A stretch of 64,000 nt of DNA, taken from the NCBI GenBank assembly GCA_965153285.1, contig OZ229110.1; one strand, given 5' to 3'. Shown here one piece after another: positions 1-11,005 of this stretch. Source of the DNA: Podarcis tiliguerta. Its lineage: Eukaryota. The notes beneath the pieces are model-generated. The model was given only the letters and a program-made list of their open reading frames with translations. It was not told where the DNA came from and made no database searches. Every line of letters begins with the position of its first letter. Within the stretch, counting starts at the first letter, position 1. A program made the translations under genes and the position numbers.

Positions 1-429
1 AACAGGCTAATGGAAGCAACGTTCATTCACGTTCATGATATGGCTTCTACCTCGCTTGAAGCCAGCCTCTTCCCCCCCCCCCCCTGCCCCACTACTTATG
101 TTTCAAAGGATGGTAAACATTGGCGGCACAGGGAAGCCACAGTGAAACCCTTTGAGACCCCATTGATTTCAATTGGACCAAGTTAAGCTCAGGGGCAGTA
201 AAAGTGCTGTACTGTGCCCAGTGCACACTCCTTCACATACCAGAGGTGCCAAGCAGAACCTATGTCCATTCTCAAATTTAGCCATCTCTTGCAGGCGACT
301 GCTTTTATGTTTCATTTCCTGAAAATGCTTATAACAATCCCCATATACTCCCTTTTAAAAATTTCAGTGCATACAGAATATCAAGCTTTTAATCTCAGGG
401 TTGTGTGTTTGAGCCCCACATTGAGCAAA

Positions 430-496
430 AATATTCCTGCATTGCAGAGGGTTGAACTAGGTGGCCCTTGTGATCCCTTCCAATTCTATGATTCTA
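430..496 (+). mobile_element. CR1 LINE 3' end
   Basis: cctgcattgcagagggttgaactag...cccttccaattctatgattcta, a CR1-type 3' end with (attctatg) tail. Confidence 0.7.
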
Positions 497-889
497 ATGT
501 AAATGAAACAGTCAAACAGTTGCAGGCTGTATCTAAAATACAACTTTGTTCATAATTAGGACTGAGCCCAAACGGTTCATTTTTGGCAGGGCCGAACATA
601 CACACCCTTTAGCCCATTGGCGAGATCTGCCAATGAAAATCTTGCTATTCTAGATTACCTTGGGCGCTGCCATCACGAACTCTTGGGCATGTGGCCTATA
701 CAATACAGTACTTGATTCTGGATTGCCTGGAATGAGCCCAGTACTAATCCAGGAAAGACAGGGGGGGGAGCACCTCTGTGAGAAATTACACAAAGCAGGA
801 TTTAAAAAGAGAAAGATAACTTGCAAAATCTAAGTGTCTGGATTTAGGGACATGTGACTGGTTCTGTTGCACTGGGCACAGAGTCTTGG

Positions 890-1670
890 CAGGAAGGAAG
901 GCGCTGTGAAACCCGGGGCTGGCATCACGACGTAGGGCGCATGCCTGGTGTCACTACATACGGCACATGGGCCACACATAGTGACGCTGCACATGCGCTG
1001 TATAGCGGTTTGCCGCCAGCACCGCTCCAGCAGCATATGGACGGTGCCAGGATACCTCCAGCGCCACTACAGCCGCGAACGGAGGAGTTTGGATTTGAGT
1101 TTGGATTTGATATCCCGCTTTATCACTACCCTAAGGAGTCTCAAAGCGGCTAACATTCTCCTTTCCCTTCCTTCCCCACAACAAACACTCTGTCAGGTGA
1201 GTGGGGCTGAGAGACTTCAGAGAAGTGTGACTGGCCCAAGGTCACCCAGCAGTTGCGTGTGGAGGAGCGGGGAAGCGAACCCGGTTCACCAGATTACGAG
1301 TCCACCACTCTTAACCACTACACCACACTGGCTCTCCATTCATGGCTGCAGCCGTGAGCAGAGGATCATAGCACTGTCCGTATGGCACTGGAGTGGTGCC
1401 GGCAGCAACCCGCTAAGTACAGCGCATGTGCAGCGTCGCACGCATGCGCTGTATGTAGCAACGCCGCACATGTATAGCAGCGGACATTGTATAGCGGTTT
1501 GCCACTGGTGACGCTCCAGTGGCATATGAATGGTGCCGGGATCCCTCTGTCTTTGCTGCAGCTGCGGTGGAGTGATGGCTGCTCAAGCCACCACGGGGTG
1601 ACTTCTTGTCACCCCCGCAGGCATGGAACCCAGGGCGTACCGCCCCCCCCCCCCCGTTGCGACACCACTG
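890..1670. mobile_element. GC-rich non-autonomous element (probable hAT MITE) with internal inverted units, interrupted by the SINE
   Basis: Right end ...tgtcaccccc...gcgacaccactg resembles hAT-type termini. Internal ~100-bp units alternate in orientation. Left boundary is uncertain. Confidence 0.45.
1086..1337 (-). mobile_element. Squam3-like tRNA-headed SINE
   Basis: The minus strand begins ggagagccagtgtggtgtagtggttaagag (A box), has gggttcgcttccc (B box), a MIR/CORE-like gtgaccttgggccagtcac and an L2-like 3' end. Confidence 0.85.
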
Positions 1671-4230
1671 AGCCTTCGGAGCGCCACAACAGCTGCTGCA
1701 AATATGAGGTAGAAAAGAAGCCGAGAGGTGGGGGGAGGTGGGGGTTGGATTTTAGCATTGCCCAGGGCACTGCTGAAATTCGAGACCACATGGTTCACCG
1801 CTGTACTGTTGTTTTTATAACACCATAGATATAAAAGCATGGAGCTTTTCAGATCACAAAGGGGCAGATCCCTACCCTGAGGAACTTGCAGTCTAAAATT
1901 CAACACAAAGAAGCAACAATGGAAAGAAAAGCAAGCGGGGGCAGGGAAAAGATATGCAACTATTTGGGTTTCATGTGTTCAGGCTTAGTTACAGGCTAAG
2001 TTTCCATAGGAGATGCGAACTAGGAGCCTAGCGTTGAAGGCTTCAGAGGAAAAGGTGGGTTTTGAGGATTTGAATGCCGAAGCAGAGGTGACATCATGCG
2101 CATTCATACTCCCACAATAACTTCTGTTTTTGAGGCAAACATTAAAACTGCAGAATGGGCAGTAATAGCTGAACAATAAAAGTACCGGTTTGGATCCCAA
2201 TAGTAGATTTCTGCTCAGATGATACTCCCATGCAACTTTCACAGTTTCCCCTTATTCTGGCCCCTGTGTTTACCTTCGAGAACCTGCTCTGGAGATTGAG
2301 GGACCCTCTGGAACTGGGGCTTGAGTTGCAGGGATAGGGAATTGCCAAAAGGTGGATTCAAGCCTTCCATGAAATGAAGGAGCCCTTCCGATTGTGGAAG
2401 GCACACAGTGCCCCCCCCCCCTTTTAAACCGTCAGTTTGCAGAGTGCTTTAACAATCGATGCCTCTTTCCAGGGAATTCTGGGAATGGTAGCTCTGCAAG
2501 GTGACTAGGGGGCTCCTGACAACTCTCAGCACCCTTAATAAACTACCCTTCCCAGGATTCTTTTGGGGGAAGTCCTGACTGTTTCAAGTGGTATAATGCT
2601 GCTTGACAAGTATACAAATCGCAAGCCCTGAATCAGACATAATGCTAAGCCAATAGGGTCTGACCTGAGGGTGGGTGGGATCTGTTCTTCTTTGTTACCC
2701 TTTCCCAATTAACCTCTTCCTCTGGGCCCTGCCCCTGTGACATCACCGGGGGGGGGGGTGTCTCCACACATGACATCACCAGGAGCCACCCCTAGGTCTC
2801 AGGTTTGGGGTGCTCCTGATCTGGCAGCTCTATAAGTCAGCCTATGGCCACGTTTCCAACATCATGGCAGCAGCAGGAATAGAAGAGGAGCAAAGTTTAC
2901 ACTTGTAAATAATAGTTCACCTTTCAGCCATAATAGTCTACCTATGGTTTAAAGTGATTGAAAGCAGGCCACTCTTTTTAAAAAATCCATTTATTTCCCA
3001 AGCATTTTTAAATTTAAATTTAATATTAATTTCCTCCGTAATTAATTACATTTCCCTCTGTACCTTCCATTCTCTTTCCTTTCTTCTGCATTTTCATAAA
3101 CGACCCAAACCATTCCTATTTTTCATAGAAATGAATAAATTCCCCTCCTTCTCCCATCTTGGATTTTTGTCTCTTGTTGTTTCCAGCCCCTTCTCACTTC
3201 CCCATTCCCCAGAAGCTGACTCCGAAACTCCATTGGATATGTTCCCTGAACTGAGAGAGATTTATAATTTTAAAAATGCTTTTATAATTTGTATGTAGGA
3301 ATAACACTTGCATATGTGCCTCTCTAGGTTAAAAGGGATGTCAATCATCATGCCTGAGAATATAAGCAGATTGCCAGCGTGGGTTGGAAAGGAATTTTCC
3401 CCCACAGATTTATACGAGTTAGGGAGTTAATTGACCTGGAAGGTCAAACCCATTCCTTTTACCTTCCAAAGCAAGATCCTCTTCTGCAGCCCAAACCAAT
3501 TTTAAAAGACCCAAGCAACTGAGGAAGCATTACTTGCAAGAAGGGCTACTGATATCATTTAACTACCCCCCAAAAAATCCCCTCATATTTCCAGTACTTC
3601 TGTTGTATTTTTACTAAATGGATTCAACGTATATACATGTATACATGGCAGAGCAAACTTTGTCCCTCCATGTCAGTGCATTTCAGCAAACAACAAGGAG
3701 ATGCTATAAGCCTTACACCACCCAATGTCTTACCAACACCCAAAACCCCATGACGAGCTTCTGTTTTGACTTTAGTGGAAAGACGCTACCATAAGTTGTC
3801 AGTATAAAAACGGGTGGTATCCAGTTGGTGTTCCTCCCCTACATAAGGCTTCCATCCATGGAACAGTGAGGGATTCCATTTTTGGCCACTGTAGCCCTTC
3901 CCCCACCCAAGATTCTCTCAGATCTGCTGTGATGGGTGGAGGAGATTGTCCAGTGAATATTTGGAAGATATGTGGATGGCAAAGGGGAGTCTCTGTCACT
4001 CAGTCCTACTGCCTTCCATGAATTGCAGGGCAAATATAGATAATCTGGAGTCGCCTGTACACATGAATGCTCCCTGTGTGATTTTGAAGCCTGATTGTAC
4101 AGGATTCTAAATCGTATAGGAAAATTCCATGAGTACAGCATGCAAATCTTTGCCATCTAATACATGAAGGGCAGCAGGACTAAACAACAGAGCCACAAGC
4201 GAGGGGATTGGGTGAGCTATCATGTCCCTA

Positions 4231-4586
4231 AAGGTAAAGGTACCCCTGCCCGTACGGGCCAGTCTTGCCAGACTCTAGGGTTGTGCGCCCATCTCACTCA
4301 AAGAGGCCAGGGGCCAGCGCTGTCCGGAGACACTTCCGGGTCACGTGGCCAGCGTGACATCGCTGCTCTGGTGAGCCAGAGCCGCACACGGAAACACCGT
4401 TTACCTTCCCGCTAGTAAGCGGTCCCTATTTATCTACTTGCACCCAAGAGTGCTTTCGAACTGCTAGGTTGGCAGGCGCTGGGACCGAACAACGGGAGCG
4501 CACCCCGCCGCGGGGATTTGAACCGCCGACCTCTTGATCGGCAAGCCCTAGGCGCTGAGGCTTTAACCCACAGCGCCACCCGCGTC
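4231..4586 (-). mobile_element. Sauria SINE (subfamily A), full length
   Basis: tRNA-like head and (ACCTTT)n tail on the minus strand. TSD catgtcccta at 4221-4230 and 4586-4595. Confidence 0.95.
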
Positions 4587-6469
4587 ATGTCCCTACTCTC
4601 TACCTAATCATGGGTGGACTTTCTTACCAAATAGGGCTGCATTTGGGTTAAAAACAGAGCTCAGGATGGTGTACATAGTACATTATAGGGTGGTGTAATC
4701 CCATTTGATCCTCTCAACATCCCTGTGAAGTAGATTGTGCTGAGACATCCAAAGACCCCAGGTCACCCATGATTTCCCCAGTCAAAGTCCAAAACTTTTT
4801 AGTATACTATACAGCTTCCCAAACAAACCAGATCAACTTAGGTTCTAGGTCAGCTTCTGCAGAATGCTAGCATTGAAAGTGATATTTTCACAGTCTACAT
4901 GAAAGATGAGTTTTGAAATAGTCAATGTAAGTATCCTAACTAGATATATTTTTGTGTTTTCCTATTTTCTAAAGCCTTTGTAGATCACGGTAAACAAAAT
5001 CAATTAATCATGAAAAGCAATTGCTGCAGAGTAGAAGTAAGGCTCGCAAGTTCTTGAAACAGCATCACTTGTCATTGCTGAGCATTGTTTATCATTGTCA
5101 GGCACTTGTCACTCACCTATCTCAGCGTCTTTGATACCTTGAGATCTGGGGGTCTAAACCAGCAGCAGTCCACCTGCTTGTTGCACTTGATTGGGAGGAG
5201 AAATTACTCCAGTTATTTGCACCATCTGGTGTTTGAATTTCAAGTGAACATGAGTGGATGGGCACCTGGGGAGCTGAAACACTCGCAGGGAAATCATAGA
5301 ATCAGGAAAATGAAACAAAGTAAAAGAATTTGAAAGTTTTGCTGAGCAAAATGCAAAAGAGGGCAGTTTTGGAATGATGTTTGGATCCTAGAAGGCTGCT
5401 GCTTTAGTTGTTTCCTGCACAGCATAGTTTGCATATGTATTTAGCAGTGATACATGGAGCAGTTATGTTTTCTGAGAAGAAGAAAGAAGACAATAAATCT
5501 ACATACATCACAACGATTCTACAGTTGGATTGATCCAGACAGGAGCTATAGGTACACTTCTACAGATTCTCAGTCAATGGATTGAGAAGCCCATTTACAA
5601 AGGGCACTGCTTATTCAGTTCCCCAATTGTTGGCCTAACTGCCCCCCTCTCAAAGAATGATGGGATCTTGTAATCAGCTGCTCAGCTGAAGATATAACAG
5701 AGTCCTGGGTTCAATTTCCTCTTCCCCCCTTTGTCTTGTGATTGGCACCGTTTATGTTCTTTTATAGGGTTGTACACAGGCAGCCCGGGCTGTCATGACC
5801 CTGGAATTGGACTCCCTGTCTTCAGGGGTTGAGGACGAAGATTGGAAGTGTTCTCAGGGCCATCCTCAGATGTTCACAATTAACCAGAAGCACTTGCACG
5901 AAACAAATCTGTGCCAGAGGTGCCTCCCCTTCCCAAGAACATCATGTTGCCCACCTCTGACTCACCAGAATGCAGCTCAGAAGCTCTAGTGAAACCTTCA
6001 TCTCCCCTGCTTCCTTGGAGTCAGCAACTGCTATAACGGGTTAGTTGCATTGAAATAAAGAGCCTTCTCTCACTGCGACTGAGACACAGCAGTACCTGCT
6101 CTTTAAGGCTCAGCCTGAGGATAACTGCTGATGAAGTTATGAACGCTACTCTTATGAAGTCCTTAGCCTGAGCCCTGAATGGAGCTGTCCAAGGTACCCC
6201 TGGTCCAAGTCTGTTACTCAAAACAGAAGTTACTCCAACTTACGCACAGGATATAGGATGTAATATTCTTGAATTCAATGTATTGAGTAGATTCCATTAA
6301 TTATTAAAACATAAAAGAGTGAAATGGCTGGATAACACAAGATTACTTCCCAAAAACTCTCCCAAAAGGCATCTGTAGACATTTGAAGGCATACCTGTAT
6401 AGGGAAGCTTTTAATGTCTGGTGCTTTATTGTGTTTTTCATATTCTGTTGAAAGCTGCCCAGAAAATAC

Positions 6470-6508
6470 GTTGTTGTTGTTGTTGTTGTTGTTGTGGTTG
6501 TTGTTGTT
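6470..6508. repeat. (GTT)n microsatellite
   Basis: Seen directly. Confidence 0.95.
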
Positions 6509-6873
6509 ATACTTAATGAGTCTATTTCAGAAGACACACACCCAGCGCTAAGTGCACTTTAAGATAGTTTGGAAAGTTCAACCAGTGTAGAATGCAGCAG
6601 CCCAGGTATGAACAAATATACACATATAGGCTCACATATATGTTTCTGGCCCCAATTTGGAATCAAAGTGCTGGTTCTTCCCATCCTTAAAGCCCTAAAT
6701 GCCTTAGGCATTTATAACCTCATGTAAGCTTGCTAGTTCAAGGAGCAGTTCCTTATGGAGGAATGTTGGGTTGTAAATCACTTCAGAACTTTTTGTAATG
6801 AGAAATGATGCACTAATTTAACACACCTTACCTTAGAAATACTAAATAAGGAGCTGTATTTCCTTGAAATACA

Positions 6874-7030
6874 GAACATAAGAAGATTGTGCTGGATCAG
6901 GCCAAAGGTCCATCTGGTCCGGCATCCTGTTCTCACAGCGGCTAACCAGGTGCTTATGGGAAACCCACAAGAAGTATTTGAGCGCAAGGGCACTCTTCCC
7001 TCCTGCAGTTTCCAGCTGCTGCTATTCGGA
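6874..7030 (-). mobile_element. CR1-type LINE 3' UTR fragment
   Basis: acataagaagattgtgctggatcaggccaaaggtccatctggtcc. Related copies at ~26165-26240 (-) and at ~9540-9640 and ~52640-52820 (+). Confidence 0.6.
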
Positions 7031-7039
7031 GCAAAAACT

Positions 7040-7148
7040 TTCTGCGGCCAAACGCCAGCTCCCTCGGCCTGTAAAGCGAGATGAGTTCCGCAACCCCAGA
7101 GTTGTCTGTAACTTAACTGTCAGGGGTCCTTTACCTTTACCATTACCA
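7040..7148 (+). mobile_element. 5'-truncated Sauria SINE (subfamily B)
   Basis: gcgagatgag...aaccccagag...caggggtcctttacctttacc. Confidence 0.85.
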
Positions 7149-8481
7149 CTTAAGATGTCCTGAAGAAGCCTTGCTTTCATCTCATGGGGAGATCAGGTAA
7201 GCTGCCCTCTACCAACAGCCAAATCATCTTGGTAGTAGCCCCAATTCTGAGGCACTCTGTTCCAACAGATGGCATATTGCCTGTGAGTCACAAAGCCCAC
7301 ACTACCCTTGAAAAATACAATCCTATGATCTTATGGAACTATTCAGCAGAAACTCCCCGTCTATGGTATGCTCTCCCCAGGGCACACCTGAACTTTTTCA
7401 TTGTTTTGGCACCAGAAAAAGTCTCCCTGTGTTTCCTGGGCATTTTGGCAGCACCAATGATTGCATATTTGTACGTTGACTATGTTTTTAATACGTGTTT
7501 AATATATTTTTATTACTGTATTTTATTCTTCTTGCAAGTTGCTTCAGGTCTGTTTGCTATGGGAAGCGATTCATAAATTCAATAAACATACACTAAAATA
7601 ACCATATTAAGCTGCCTAGCAAGGGTTATGTTGTGATCTCTAGGTCTTGGAAGCTGTCATATTCATCAGTTGGGACTTCTTTTAAAAAAAAAAGAACAAA
7701 GGAAAGCAGAATAAAATTCTTACATACCTTTATCAACCTTATCTCTTCACAGGGCCTCATTTTCTGCAGTGATAACTCTGTTACTGAAAATATACTTCAG
7801 GCTGGCACATAAGTTCTGGAAACAGTGTGCCAGTTCTGTCAAGGCCAGAAAAATTACGACCTAGTTCCAGGAAGAAAACCAATTGCTGGAATATCATTTC
7901 AAACAGGAGGTTCCAACTCACTGCAAATAACATGAAATGCTTCCCACTCCTTTTACTTCAAAGTGAGATAAAATATTTTCAGTTGTCTAGTCAAACAAAT
8001 GTAGACTAAAGCTTTTCGCTTCTTAACAGAAAACTGTTGCTCAGCAGTTGGCCAGACAGGCACAAACCCTGTACGCAAAACTTCCCGTTGGGAGTCCACA
8101 GCAGTAAACTCTGTGATATTTTCCTTCCTGGCTGCTTCTGGACATTCTTCCCCTCCAAAGGGTGGCCACTTAGACTCCCCACTGCCACCCCCCAAAAAAG
8201 AGGGGGAAAGGGGGATACACATTTTCATAAAATTTGAATGTACTAATTTACATGAATAGATGCAAATTAAGAAGCATAGAATCATGGAATTGTAGAGCTG
8301 GAAGGGTCATCTGGTCTCAGCTAAAGCATCCATGACAGATGCCTATCCATTTGTATATTTTAGTTAAAAATGCAGTACATCTCAGCACTCTGAAGAAGAC
8401 TGTGACTGGGTGATCTGTGCTCCTGCTCAGTCTGCTAAATGGTGAAGGGCAACTTCCAGACTCCACTCCTGCTCTTCCTAC

Positions 8482-9395
8482 TTGTTGTTGTTTTGTAGCC
8501 GTTTAAAGGTACCCCTGCACGTTCGGGCCAGTCTTGCCAGACTCTAGGGTTGTGCGCTCATCTCACTCTATAGGCCGGGAGCCAGAGCAGGCCGCAGACA
8601 CTTCCAGGTCACGTGGCCAGCGTGACAAGCTGCATCTGGCAAGCCAGCGCAGCACATGGAACGCCATTTACCTTCCTGCTGGTAAGTGGTCCCTATTTAT
8701 CTACTTGCACCCAGAGGTGCTTTCGAACTGCTAGGTTGGCAGGCGCTGGGACCGAATGACGGGAGCGCACCCCGCCGCGGGGATTCGAACCGCCGACCAT
8801 GCGATCGGCAAGTCCTAGGTGCTGAGGTTTTACCCACAACGCCACCCGCGTCTTTGTAGCCGTTTAGTCATGTCCAACTGTTCGTGATCCCATGGACCAG
8901 AGCATGCCAGGCACTCCTGTCTTCCACTGCCTCCGCAGTTTGGTCAAACTCATGGTGGTAGCTTCAAGAACACTGTCCAACCATCTCGTCCTCTGTCATC
9001 CCCTTCTCCTTGTGCCCTCCATCTTTCCCAACATCAGGGTCTTTTCCAGGGAGTCTTCTCTTCTCATGAGGTGGCCAAAGTATTGGAGTCTCAGCTTCAG
9101 GATCTGTCCTTCCAGGGAGCACTCAGGGCTGATTTCCTTAAGAATGGATAGGTTTGATCTTCTTGAAGTCCATGGATCACTGCCTTGCCATGGCGAAGGG
9201 GCTTGGATAACTCAGAGAAACTATGAACTATGTCGAGCAGGGCGCCCAAGATGGACAGGTCATAGTGGAGAGTTTTGACCAAACGTGATCCACCTGGAGC
9301 AGGAACCGGCAAGCCACTCCAGTATCCCTGCCAAGAAAACTCCATGGACAAAGACAACAGGCATATAAAAGTTATGACTCGAAGATGAGCCCCTC
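8482..9395 (-). mobile_element. Bov-B (RTE) LINE insertion: 3' fragment on minus (8482-9175) fused to an inverted 5' fragment on plus (~9171-9395)
   Basis: (CAA)n tail at 8482. 8867-9175 is colinear with the Bov-B copy at 41.3 kb. 9171-9395 matches the recalled Bov-B 5' region. TSD ctcttcctac at 8472-8481 and 9393-9402. Confidence 0.88.
8506..8852 (-). mobile_element. Sauria SINE (subfamily A) nested in the Bov-B 3' end
   Basis: 14-bp TSD tttgtagccgttta at 8492-8505 and 8853-8866. Confidence 0.95.
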
Positions 9396-10007
9396 TTCCT
9401 ACCTACAGCTCATTAAACTGGACTTGAGTCCTTCATGCAGAATACTAAAGGAGGGCATCCCACCCCACCCCAATCCATAAAAGCCAGGAGCAGCTCCCAC
9501 CAGTGTGTCCTCATTGCCCCCACCCAAGGTTTCCAACAGGAGTTCCTGGGCCTGGACTTCCTTGGTTGTTGTGGGAACAGGTTGCTGGGCTAGATGGGTC
9601 ACTAGCCTGATATAGCTGGTTCTTCTGATCTTCTCATGTTCTGCAGCTGTCCTGTGAAATGGAAACCATACAATGCAACTCCGAATACTAAAGCTACTTG
9701 CATACTAGCTGGAAAGCTAAAATCTGGTATATATCAGGGATGTTTACATTTTTCAGACAAAACTCCTAACAATGGTCTATGGAAGAGAGTACTCTTGCTT
9801 CAGTTTTGAAACTTCAGCGAGATGTAGGCATGAAAGAAGTGTCTTGGGTGGGGAGAGTACAGGCCACTAAGGCCACCCAGGAAAAGACCATAAGTAATTT
9901 ATAACAATAATTTATTATTTGTACCCTGCTCATCTGACTTGGTTGCTCCAGCCACTCTGGGCAGCTTCTAACGTAAATAAAAACATAAGGAAACTTTACG
10001 CACTAAT

Positions 10008-10249
10008 ATTTATTTATTTAAATTTATTACATTTATATGCCACCTTCATCTTCCAAGGATCTCGAGGTGGTGTACATGGTTCTCCTCCTTCCCATTTCAT
10101 AGTCACAACAACCCTGTGAAGTAGGTTAGGCTAAGAGATGGTGACTGGCCCAAGGTCACCAAGTGAGCTCCGTGGCTGAGTGAGAATTCAGAACCTGATC
10201 TCTCAGTTCATATTCCAGCACTCTAACCATTACGCCACACTCGCTCTCC
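10008..10249 (-). mobile_element. Older Squam3/MIR-like SINE with (TAAA)n tail
   Basis: Shares gtgactggcccaaggtcacc and the tRNA-like head with the copy at 1086. A degraded relative lies at ~4660-4810. Confidence 0.75.
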
Positions 10250-10512
10250 AGCAATGGCATTTGTAAAGAAACAATTAAGAGGATGCTGGAAGGGTTCAGG
10301 AAAGGCTCTGCATAGAAAGTGTAATGAAGTGATTAGAGTATTGGCTTTGGGTTTGTTACACCCAGGGTCAAATCCCCACCGACTTCTCTAATGCGTGTAA
10401 GTACAAAACACAGAAGTGGCATAACAAATGTGAACTGCACCTGACTGTGGCATTCTGCTCATTCCTCTTAAACACACATGTGCCTCAGGAATGTCTTTAA
10501 CAGAGGAACTGG

Positions 10513-10551
<39 letters not shown>

Positions 10552-11005
10552 ATAATAATAATAATAATTTTATTTATGTCACGGCCTCCTTGGCCAGAGC
10601 CAGGCTCAGGGCGTCTAACACCAGTAAAATTACAGTAAAAACATAATAGGGGAAAAAAACAATTTAAAATACAGGTTAAAATGCAATTTAAAGTGCAGTC
10701 ATATTTTAAAAGTAGCCCATAGATCAAAACCGTAAGGGGAGGGAAAACATAAGGGTCAGACTGAGTCCAAACCAAAAGCCAGGTGGAACAGCTCTGTCTT
10801 GCAGGCCCTGCGGAAAGATGTCAGGTCCCGCAGGGCCCTAGTCTCTTGTGACAGAGCATTCCACCAAGTCGGGGCCAGTACTGAAAAGGCCCTGGCCCTA
10901 GTTGAGACCAATCTAACCACCTTGTGACTTGGGACCTCCAAAATGTTGTCATTTGTGGACCTTAAGGTCCTCCGCGGGGCATACCAGGAGATGCGTTCAG
11001 GCCAG
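10513..11005 (-). mobile_element. L2 LINE 3' end (ORF2 C-terminus, UTR and microsatellite tail)
   Basis: ORF 10756..11034 encodes YAPRRTLRS...RARAFSVLAPTWWNAL...SFRRACKTELF, typical of L2. (TAG)n(TAA)n tail at 10513-10567. Confidence 0.88.

Noticed and set aside
948-1828. Overlapping 99-187 aa ORFs
   Set aside because: They run through a SINE and a GC-rich palindromic repeat, with no recognisable protein motifs or splice structure.
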